55,268 bases of DNA. Origin: a virus (Duplodnaviria; Caudoviricetes). A program made the position numbers and the translations under genes. The stretch covers positions 1 to 55,268 of the IMG/VR virus record IMGVR_UViG_3300036832_001686; one strand, given 5' to 3'. Shown piece by piece: positions 44,906 to 52,162 of the stretch; the stretch's first letter is position 1; every line of letters starts with the position of its first letter. The notes under the pieces were generated by a model that did no database searches, had not been told where the DNA came from, and saw only the letters and a list, made by a program, of their open reading frames with translations.

Positions 44906-45045
44906 AGCTCGCTACTGCCGACTAACAATTCTGTTAGCCGGCAGTGTGCGAACTAAATCGCCCATGCCTTGCCTTGCCGCGCCGTGCCTGGCCCTGCCTC
45001 GCCTTGCCTCGCCGCGCCTTGCCCTACCAAGCCGCGCCAAAATCC
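44906..45045 (-). ncRNA. Guide-like RNA unit A: (NN-GGY)x15 + AT-GGG + hairpin
   Basis: Perfect 5-nt register 44961-45040; 3' hairpin TCGCACACTGCCG-GCTAACAG-AA-TTGTTAGT-CGGCAGTAGCGA. Confidence 0.8.
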
Positions 45046-45062
45046 TAGAGTCTGCTTTCAGC

Positions 45063-45209
45063 AGCTCGCTACTACCGTTAGCAGTTGCCAACGGCAGTAT
45101 GCGAACCGTTATGGTTTCGCCCATGCCTTGCCCCGCCAGGCCTCGCCTCGCCCTGCCGTGCCAAGCCTCGCCGCGCCCTGCCAAACCCGGCCTCGCCAGG
45201 CCAAAATCC
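45063..45209 (-). ncRNA. Guide-like RNA unit B: (NN-GGY)x16 + AT-GGG + hairpin
   Basis: Perfect 5-nt register 45120-45204; 3' hairpin TCGCATACTGCCG-TTGGCA-AC-TGCTAA-CGGTAGTAGCGA. Confidence 0.8.
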
Positions 45210-45263
45210 AAATTTTTAACTGACCTTTTTTCGTAAGCTTTTTTTAGGTCCGTGCGTTATTTA

Positions 45264-45473
45264 TTAGGGATCAAGCTCATTGGCTGTTAGCTCTGCCAAG
45301 CGGTCGATCAACTCTAAGGCCCCGGCCAAAGTCTCGAGATCCAAGCTCGAATCGAAGAACACCCGGTCGCGGCACCCGGCAACAAACGCGCGGCCAGTGA
45401 GTCCCCTGGCTTTGGCGCGCTCGATTCCCGCCTCGAGCAGCGCGACTAATTCGTTTTGTTTGGGAGTCATCAT
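45264..45473 (-). CDS. Hypothetical protein
   Basis: Co-oriented small ORF in the minus-strand run. Confidence 0.55.
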   Translation of the reverse strand: MMTPKQNELVALLEAGIERAKARGLTGRAFVAGCRDRVFFDSSLDLETLAGALELIDRLAELTANELDP

Positions 45474-45493
45474 GTTAGTTACTGCTTAGTTTT

Positions 45494-45730
45494 TTAATTG
45501 CTCTCGAACCGATCAGCTTCGAGCCCGCGCTGACCAACCTGGAGGAACTCCACCAGCTCGGAGACATCGCCTTTGGTGCTCACGAAATAGTCGAAAATCA
45601 TGTAACCAATCTTTTTTTCGACCGTGTCCCACTCTTCGCTTCCCAGCCAATCTAGGGCCAGAGCTTCGAAGGCCTGCCGTTGTTTCAACCGGGCTTCTTC
45701 TATAGGGTCCATATTCTTAGGAGTCTGCAT
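45494..45730 (-). CDS. Hypothetical protein
   Basis: Co-oriented small ORF. Confidence 0.6.
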   Translation of the reverse strand: MQTPKNMDPIEEARLKQRQAFEALALDWLGSEEWDTVEKKIGYMIFDYFVSTKGDVSELVEFLQVGQRGLEADRFESN

Positions 45731-45857
45731 TGATAGCTAGTCGGCTATTTTGGTTAGTTGCGGGCGGCCCGGCCAAATGCAGAAATGCGCGTCCGTCCGC
45801 TGCGCAGGTTTTTCCGACAAGCATGGTCACTCTGCGCTTGACCGTGTCCGCCTACTC

Positions 45858-46184
45858 TCACTTCCCGCCGGCGGCTGGCGGGTAAGCTTTTACTTTCGCC
45901 AGTTTATCTAAAATTCGATCCAGCGTAGCTTCCAGCTCTTCCAGGTCGGTCCCATCGAGAACGATAGACACCAGTTTATCGACGATGTTAGTTGTCTGGT
46001 TCTCTAATGCTTCCAGATCACTGGGGGTGTTTTCCTCAATGTATTTTAGGTTCCCGGTGATATTATTTGTCTGTTCGTTTAATGCTTCCAGATCACCAGG
46101 AGTATTTTCTTCGATGTACCGCAGGCCAACGGCGATATTACCTGTCTGTTTGTTTAGTTCGTCGAGATGCTGCCGCTCATTCAT
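45858..46184 (-). CDS. Coiled-coil protein with about three 25-aa repeats
   Basis: (D)LEALNEQTNNITGNLKYIEENTPS-type units. Confidence 0.7.
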   Translation of the reverse strand: MNERQHLDELNKQTGNIAVGLRYIEENTPGDLEALNEQTNNITGNLKYIEENTPSDLEALENQTTNIVDKLVSIVLDGTDLEELEATLDRILDKLAKVKAYPPAAGGK

Positions 46185-46554
46185 TTGTACTCTCCGCCGT
46201 TATGCGAAGTTCCCGCCGAGGGGCATCATCGACGATCCCAACAAATTCGCAGTGAGTGTCACGCAGACAATCCTGCCCGTTGTCGCCACCCTCAAAAATA
46301 ATTGCCCAAACCTCTGAAAATCCGTGTTCGAGCTGACATCGCCGGATTTGGTCTGGACTCCACGAATGCGGGACCGTGATGTCGATATCCAACTTGCACC
46401 GGAAACGCGCGACCTTGGTTACGACGACGCAATCGCGAGCGTGCGGAGTACCCACTAACTGCTCGCAATAAAAACACGCATCCGACGGTCCGGCTGGCCG
46501 GATACCGTCGTCTTGTGGATCCACTAAAGGCCAATTCGAATCGCCTGTGCTCAT
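46177..46554 (-). CDS. Cys/His-containing hypothetical protein
   Basis: IRPAG..DACFYC...HARDCV; overlaps both neighbours. Confidence 0.65.
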   Translation of the reverse strand: MSTGDSNWPLVDPQDDGIRPAGPSDACFYCEQLVGTPHARDCVVVTKVARFRCKLDIDITVPHSWSPDQIRRCQLEHGFSEVWAIIFEGGDNGQDCLRDTHCEFVGIVDDAPRRELRITAESTNE

Positions 46555-46796
46555 TGCGCTTTGGCCAGTTGAGCCCTCTGAAACCGAGCACCCCCAGGCA
46601 GGAACGAATGGATAAAATCGTCGAGCGACTTTTTGTTAATCAACCGAACGCCTTTGCGTTTCCCGGGCTTAACAATATGGACGCTCAAGACCTCTTCGGT
46701 CATGCATTGCCGATAGATCTCCGAAATGGATAGCCCGGTCCTGGCGCTCGCGTCTTGGAGCTTCTCCCAGTCGGGTTCGACGAATTTTCTGCTCAT
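46551..46796 (-). CDS. AlpA/excisionase-like HTH protein
   Basis: LQDASARTGLSISEIY...GVRLINKKSLDDFI. Confidence 0.78.
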   Translation of the reverse strand: MSRKFVEPDWEKLQDASARTGLSISEIYRQCMTEEVLSVHIVKPGKRKGVRLINKKSLDDFIHSFLPGGARFQRAQLAKAQ

Positions 46797-46914
46797 GAAC
46801 AATATTGAGCACAAATTCGCAATCCGAAATAGTCGGCCTCAGAAAGATTTTTTAAGAGCACCTATTTCGCCTGAAATTGGTGGCCTTGAAGAAAAAGCTA
46901 GAGGCCCACTATTT

Positions 46915-47475
46915 TTAACGCTTGGTCGGTCTGCCAGCTCGAGCCGGCTTAAGCGCGCCTAAGCCCGCTTTTCGAAGAATTCGGGTCCAAGCGTGTTTTT
47001 TCGGAACAGCTTTTCCGGCCGCTTTTAAAATCTCTTCGGCTCTGGCTCTCACTTCGCGTTTGGTCGGCCAGTCATTCTTAGATTCACCGATAAAGAGAGC
47101 GTCAAAGACTTGAAGCGCCGCCCGGATCCCGTGCATTTCCGGTTCGGGCCAACTATCGTAATCCATGACTTTGAGAAGATTTTCAAAGTAAGCGCGGTCA
47201 CCGTCGAAAGCGGCTTTTAGAAGCCGGGCCTTGAATTTTTCGATATCTGCGGCGCCGCTTTCCAAAACCTGGCGATAGAATGGGGAATCGGCAGAGAACT
47301 TTTCGAGTAACCCAGGATATCCTTTTTCATAGTCGCGCCAATCTTCGAGCTGTTCCCAAATATCGGCAGGACTGTCCAGCGGCTGCTCAAAGTTAAGATT
47401 GTCGATATTGTACTTTTGGTACGCATCGAGATAGCCAGGCGGATATTCTATCTTCTTGTACTTTTCGTCTTCCAT
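46915..47475 (-). CDS. Hypothetical protein, possible C-terminal HTH regulator
   Basis: 186-aa ORF right after the integrase; WPTKREVR...WTRILRKAGL. Confidence 0.65.
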   Translation of the reverse strand: MEDEKYKKIEYPPGYLDAYQKYNIDNLNFEQPLDSPADIWEQLEDWRDYEKGYPGLLEKFSADSPFYRQVLESGAADIEKFKARLLKAAFDGDRAYFENLLKVMDYDSWPEPEMHGIRAALQVFDALFIGESKNDWPTKREVRARAEEILKAAGKAVPKKHAWTRILRKAGLGALKPARAGRPTKR

Positions 47476-47489
47476 GGAACCGCGAACCC

Positions 47490-48653
47490 CTATTGGGCTT
47501 TGGGCAACCGCGGGATGAGTTGAGTGGCGGCTTTGATTGCGTCCAGATCCTCGTGGATATAGCGGTCGACTACGCCCCCGGCGGCGTGATTGGTGACCCG
47601 GCGGGTGATCTCCCGAAGGGCCGCCCCGTTGAATACATTGCTGGCCGCGGTGTGCCGGAAACTGTGAAACGAGAGCGCCCTGACCGAACGGCCTTTGCCT
47701 GCGTTGCCTTGACGCAAGAACCGCTTTTCAATACCCGCCTTGTCGAGTAACGCAACGAACGTATTCGAAAGCCCGTGCTCGCCATTCAACGCCTTGTCGG
47801 CCAACGTGGGGAATACCGGTGCGTCAGCGGCCTCCTCGGGTGTGGGCCGAACCGCTAGCCAATCAAGAAAGTCAGAGTGCAACCCAAGCACCGCCTGGGC
47901 CTTGGTCTTGCGCTCACGAAAAACGACGATCCCGTTCGCAACATCGAGGTTCGACCATTTAAGGCTCTTGCAATCACCGAGTCGGGCCCCGGTCCCGTAC
48001 GCGAACAGGATCACCCCTTGCCAATCAGAATCAGCGACCGCGAGCAGAGCGGCGATTTGGTCGCCCGTAAAGGTCTCTTTACTGAGCGACTCGCTCCTTT
48101 CGGGCGCGGTCGCCATGACCGGGTTGAAGCGGATCTTGCCGACCTTGCGGGCCTTCTCGAATGGGGCTGACAAATATTTGCGGATCAGCTTATTGATCGT
48201 CGCCGGGGATCGGCCCTCTTTGCGTAGGAGCCGGATAAATCCTTCAATATCGGCTGTGGTAATGGAATCCAGACGCCGGGTTTGGGCGCCACGTCCGCCC
48301 AGGTAGGCTAAAAATTCCTCAACAGCCTGGGCATAGGCTTTATAGGTTGAAACTTCAATCTGGCCCTCTTTAGAGCCGAGCCATTCACCCAACCAGCTTC
48401 CGACACTAACGAAGTCGATTCCTGAGGAGCCGATCCGTTCGAGGGTTTCATTTAAGATTTCTAAGACCCGGGATTGGGAAAGCCGCCCCTCTGCTGCCGC
48501 ATCTTCGGCACTCTGCCAGGCCTCGGCGATAACCTTCGCCTTGGGCTTATCCCGGGTCTTAGTCGAACGCCAGACCCGGCGTCCGTCGCCGAGAGTGAGA
48601 ACTGCGTACCAGGTGCCTTTGGGGGATCGAGTGTTGCGGTGAACCGAAGCCAT
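47490..48653 (-). CDS. int: Tyrosine integrase
   Basis: TGARLGD, KTK, SFHSFRH and H...YIH. Confidence 0.93.
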   Translation of the reverse strand: MASVHRNTRSPKGTWYAVLTLGDGRRVWRSTKTRDKPKAKVIAEAWQSAEDAAAEGRLSQSRVLEILNETLERIGSSGIDFVSVGSWLGEWLGSKEGQIEVSTYKAYAQAVEEFLAYLGGRGAQTRRLDSITTADIEGFIRLLRKEGRSPATINKLIRKYLSAPFEKARKVGKIRFNPVMATAPERSESLSKETFTGDQIAALLAVADSDWQGVILFAYGTGARLGDCKSLKWSNLDVANGIVVFRERKTKAQAVLGLHSDFLDWLAVRPTPEEAADAPVFPTLADKALNGEHGLSNTFVALLDKAGIEKRFLRQGNAGKGRSVRALSFHSFRHTAASNVFNGAALREITRRVTNHAAGGVVDRYIHEDLDAIKAATQLIPRLPKAQ

Positions 48654-48655
48654 AG

Positions 48656-48858
48656 ACTCACTAACACGATTCACTACCGAGCAACTTAATTCCAGAACAT
48701 TCTAGAACATTCTTCTCTCTCGGAATCAGGCACTTACAGAGGGGTGAATAAGGTACCGAGGGTTCGAATCCCTCCCCATCCGTAGGTGCTTAGAATGAGG
48801 CACTTACAACAAATCAGAGCCAGAAAATCGCCAATTCGCTAACAGATTCACTAACAGG
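48656..48858. other. Satellite attP region
   Basis: TCACTAAC-like arm repeats paired on each side, GAATSAGGCACTTACA direct repeats (48723, 48793), and tandem AGAACATTCT. Confidence 0.75.
48753..48782 (+). tRNA. 3' end of a tRNA (Ser-like), att core (not a full tRNA)
   Basis: GTACCGAGGGTTCGAATCCCTCCCCATCCG: T-arm plus 3' acceptor strand. Confidence 0.75.
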
Positions 48859-48969
48859 CGTTTTGAAATCGGCTTGAACTAACTTGAAATCCCTCCTGCC
48901 CTGCCGAAGTTTACCAGGCCGGCCAAGCTCGGCTAGTCTGTCGCTGTGCCAACGCTTTGCCAATGAAAG

Positions 48970-49179
48970 ATGCCTCGCAAGATCCGAGACCTGATCAAGG
49001 ATTTAAAGTCGGCTGGTTGGTCACAGGTTGCCGGGGGCAAGGGCTCCCACCGGAAATTCAAGCACGACAAATTCCCTGGGGCGGTGCTGATTCCGGGTCA
49101 CGATAACGACGACTCTAAACCCTACCTAGAAAAGCAAGTTAAGAACGCGGTTAAAGGCCGAATGGTACGCAAGCCATGA
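48970..49179 (+). CDS. hicA: HicA-family toxin
   Basis: LIKDLKSAGW...GKGSHRKFKH...VLIPGH. Confidence 0.92.
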   Translation: MPRKIRDLIKDLKSAGWSQVAGGKGSHRKFKHDKFPGAVLIPGHDNDDSKPYLEKQVKNAVKGRMVRKP

Positions 49180-49400
49180 GCGAAACCAAAAAAATCACCA
49201 TGTGGGTTCAATGGAGTGATGAAGACGGTGCCTTTCTTGGCTACTGCCCGCAGTTCTTCCCTTACGGCGCGGTCTGTGACGGTCACACCCAAGCCAAGGC
49301 CGTAACCAAACTTGCTCGACTAGTCCGGGAAGAATTGGAAGAACGCGGACAACTCCCTAAACCGCTTACGAAAGGGCGAAAGGCCCGAGTCGCACACTAA
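49176..49400 (+). CDS. hicB: Short HicB-family antitoxin
   Basis: VQWSDEDGAFLGYCP...GHTQAKAV...LPKP; ATGA coupling to hicA. Confidence 0.85.
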   Translation: MSETKKITMWVQWSDEDGAFLGYCPQFFPYGAVCDGHTQAKAVTKLARLVREELEERGQLPKPLTKGRKARVAH

Positions 49401-49430
49401 GCTTCTGCCCTGCCGAAGTTCACCAGGTCG

Positions 49431-49437
49431 GTAAGTA
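49431..49437 (+). promoter_or_regulatory. Helper-type GTAAGTA late motif
   Basis: CGGTAAGTA, 9 nt before ATG 49447 in front of the satellite TMP gene. Confidence 0.7.
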
Positions 49438-49498
49438 AGCTTTGAAATGACCGAGAATTTAAACAAGGGGGCCCGCTGGAACGAGGCGGGATAGAGTC

Positions 49499-51946
49499 AT
49501 CACTCGCGATCTACAAGAGTTAAAGATCCTAATTTCGGGGCATACGGACGCCTCGGTCGGTGCCGCCAGCGCTAAAGTGGTCGGCGAAGTCAAAAAGCTG
49601 GCAGACAGTCTAGACCGGTTGGCGGTAATCGAAAAACAGATTGGCCAGGTCAACAACGCGGTCGCGGAGGGATTCAAGAAAATGGGGAGTGGCGCTCGCC
49701 AAGCCGAAGCTGAACTGACCGGCTTTGAGGCTAGCCTGAAACGAGTTAAAGAAATTGCAGCCGGCGTCTTTAGCGGCGAAGCGCTCTGGGAAGGATTTAA
49801 GGGCGGCGTCGAGATGGTCAAGGAAGGTATCGGGGATGTCGTGGAACTGCTGCAGAACGCATCGAAAGCAGCCTCTGACTTTGAGATGACGCAGAAGGGA
49901 ATTGGTAATCTGCTGCGCGATCAGCCCTATGCCAACATGCTGATCAAGAACTTGCGGGAAACCGCTGTCGGCAGTCCTTTTGCGCCCGAGACGCTGTACG
50001 GCGCCGCTCGAGCGCTGACAGGGCGCGGCATGGACAAGAGTCTGCTCGAGTCGCGCACGAATGAGCTGGGCGACATCGTGAGCGGTATTGGCGGTGGGCA
50101 AGAGATGATGGAACGGCTGACGCTCGCATACGGCGAGGCGTTCAGCGAGCACCTCGTCAACAAGCGAATTCTCAACCAGTTCGCCCAGGCTGGCGTCAAC
50201 ATCACGTCCGAGATCATGAAGGCTTATGGCATGGACCCCACGGATGCCAACGTGCAGAAATTCCAAAAGATGGTGCATGATAAACAGATCACCTTCACCG
50301 ATGTCGATAAAGCACTCTACACTTTGACGCACGGCATGGGGATTTATGCGGACGCGATGCAGAAACACGCGGAGACAGCGCAAGGTATCTGGACGGGATT
50401 CATCGCGAGGCTGAACTTCATCGAAGTCGATCTCGGCGGCATCGTTAACGACATCTCGATGACGTTGCTGAACCTGCTCGAAAAGAGCGGCTTTCTGAAA
50501 GCATTCGACACCTGGCTGCAAGGGATCCGCACCATAGCGGACAGCATGACCGAGTATTTCAAGCTGTTTAACGGCGAAAAGATTATCCATTTTTTCCAGA
50601 CCGTCGGAGACGGCATCCAGCAGTTCATGGTGAAGCTGGGTTTAATCTCCAAAAGTACAGAATCAAAATATCTCACTAGCGATATCTACGCCTTTGCCGG
50701 TCAGCGTCCCGAGACCTTTGGTAAACAACGGCCGCAACTGGGCCGGGTAACGCCAGCCTGGAAACTGGGCGGAGAATTCGAATCCGAGACAATCCTGCCG
50801 GCCGCACCGACACCGACGGTGGCGGATAAATTGACCAAATGGTTAGACGATCTCTCTAACACTCTGGCCAGCATTCATACGGAGCAGGTCGAAGATTTCC
50901 TGCAAGGTTTGGTGACGGTATCGACCGCAATCGGCGGAGTCAGTATGGATTTCTTTGGTGAAATTGCTGATTTCTTCAAGGACATGTACACCTTCGGGCA
51001 ATGGTGCGGCGGACCCGGCCACGATATGGTGGTTGGGTTTTTCAACGCCATCAAAGATTTCTGGAACAACATTGTTCAATGGATCTCGGATCACATCCCG
51101 CCCTTTCTGAAATTGACGGCGCCCTCGGATCAAGAGAAACGAATGAACGAAGCGGCGGATAAAGCCCGCAGCACCGTCGATATCGACCAGGAGACAGTCA
51201 ACCAGCGGCAAAGCGACCTGGACAATAAGATGTTGTTGGGCACCCAAGACCAAATTGATCACGCTAAATCCGCTTTAACCCTGGCCCAGGACAAGTTGAA
51301 AGTTGATACCGCGCTCGCCGCGGCGGCAGAGTCACTCACCAAAGCGTTCGAAGGTCATAGCCCCGGGCTGATCCCGGCAACCGAGACTGCGACCGCGGCG
51401 CTAGATGCATTTGCCCAGGCCATGCTCTCTATGCCCCTTGGAGCAGCCACGGGGGGCTTTGGTGGTGCGGTCGCTGGCGGTGGTGCTGGCGTCACTGAAT
51501 ACGGGCCGAGCATCGATCCGCCCGGGTCTGCTGACTACGATTATAACTCGTATCACCGTATCGGTGCGTGGCCTGGAAAGACAGGGCCCTTGAGTCCTGG
51601 TGATGTCGCGCTTGGCTACGGCGCGCAAGCTCATTACGGGGTGCAGCCCGGGCAATGGTTCACTGACGATCAAGGGCGCCACGTTCGCTTCGCCGATCGC
51701 AGCGGGAGCAAGAATCCGATGAACGAGGACATTTTTCGCCTCGCTGCTGGCGGCATTGTGCGACGTCCGACGACTGCGCTAATTGGCGAGTCTGGGCCCG
51801 AAGCGGTGGTGCCCTTACGCGGTGCCGGCGGTATCGGTCACACTTTCAATGTGACGGTTAACACTGTCGCCGGTGACGGCTACGCAATCGCAGAGATGGT
51901 GATGAATGCACTGCAGGAGCTCACGGAGCGAACCGGCTCCGTGTAA
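49499..51946 (+). CDS. Tape measure protein paralog of 16763..19129 (start uncertain)
   Basis: Colinear end to end. Homology begins at ATC 49499 (ITRDLQELK versus MTRDLQELK), upstream of the GTG called at 49577. Confidence 0.9.
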   Translation: MTRDLQELKILISGHTDASVGAASAKVVGEVKKLADSLDRLAVIEKQIGQVNNAVAEGFKKMGSGARQAEAELTGFEASLKRVKEIAAGVFSGEALWEGFKGGVEMVKEGIGDVVELLQNASKAASDFEMTQKGIGNLLRDQPYANMLIKNLRETAVGSPFAPETLYGAARALTGRGMDKSLLESRTNELGDIVSGIGGGQEMMERLTLAYGEAFSEHLVNKRILNQFAQAGVNITSEIMKAYGMDPTDANVQKFQKMVHDKQITFTDVDKALYTLTHGMGIYADAMQKHAETAQGIWTGFIARLNFIEVDLGGIVNDISMTLLNLLEKSGFLKAFDTWLQGIRTIADSMTEYFKLFNGEKIIHFFQTVGDGIQQFMVKLGLISKSTESKYLTSDIYAFAGQRPETFGKQRPQLGRVTPAWKLGGEFESETILPAAPTPTVADKLTKWLDDLSNTLASIHTEQVEDFLQGLVTVSTAIGGVSMDFFGEIADFFKDMYTFGQWCGGPGHDMVVGFFNAIKDFWNNIVQWISDHIPPFLKLTAPSDQEKRMNEAADKARSTVDIDQETVNQRQSDLDNKMLLGTQDQIDHAKSALTLAQDKLKVDTALAAAAESLTKAFEGHSPGLIPATETATAALDAFAQAMLSMPLGAATGGFGGAVAGGGAGVTEYGPSIDPPGSADYDYNSYHRIGAWPGKTGPLSPGDVALGYGAQAHYGVQPGQWFTDDQGRHVRFADRSGSKNPMNEDIFRLAAGGIVRRPTTALIGESGPEAVVPLRGAGGIGHTFNVTVNTVAGDGYAIAEMVMNALQELTERTGSV

Positions 51947-52162
51947 TTGATACAACTAACCGACGTCGGTTAGTTTCCATCACGGTCGACGTATCCCGAA
52001 AGTCTGCTCGGGTGCTTGGCGGCTCAGAGGGCTAAAGCGAAAGTTAGTAATGATAGGCGCTTTAACTTGAGCAGGCTTTTCCTCCTGCGCCCAGGAGGCC
52101 AGCAGTTCCTCTGCACGTTTTCGCAGCAAACGGTTAGAAAGTTTCCGAGACATAACTTGTTA

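Larger units (their letters stand above)
48896..49431. repeat. 27-bp direct repeats bracketing hicAB
   Basis: CTGCCCTGCCGAAGTTYACCAGGYCGG at 48896-48922 and 49405-49431 (2 mismatches). Confidence 0.9.

Noticed and set aside
44961-45204. Canonical CRISPR array or plain microsatellite
   Set aside because: There is no 23-50 bp repeat/spacer structure, and variation is limited to fixed positions with conserved flanks, unlike slippage decay.
44912-45236. Arg/Gly- or Pro-rich ORFs over the pentamer repeats
   Set aside because: Open frames are a by-product of stop-poor GGY repeats; the 5-nt period and covarying hairpins point to RNA.
48753-48782. Functional tRNA gene
   Set aside because: Only the T-arm and 3' acceptor strand are present.
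49458-49464. TTTAAAC -1 slippery site as the route into the satellite TMP
   Set aside because: The -1 frame stops at about 49521; the TMP frame is +1.
49610-50590. Long antisense ORFs (e.g. 49610..50590, 33503..34225, 26217..26798)
   Set aside because: They shadow well-supported genes and show no motifs of their own.
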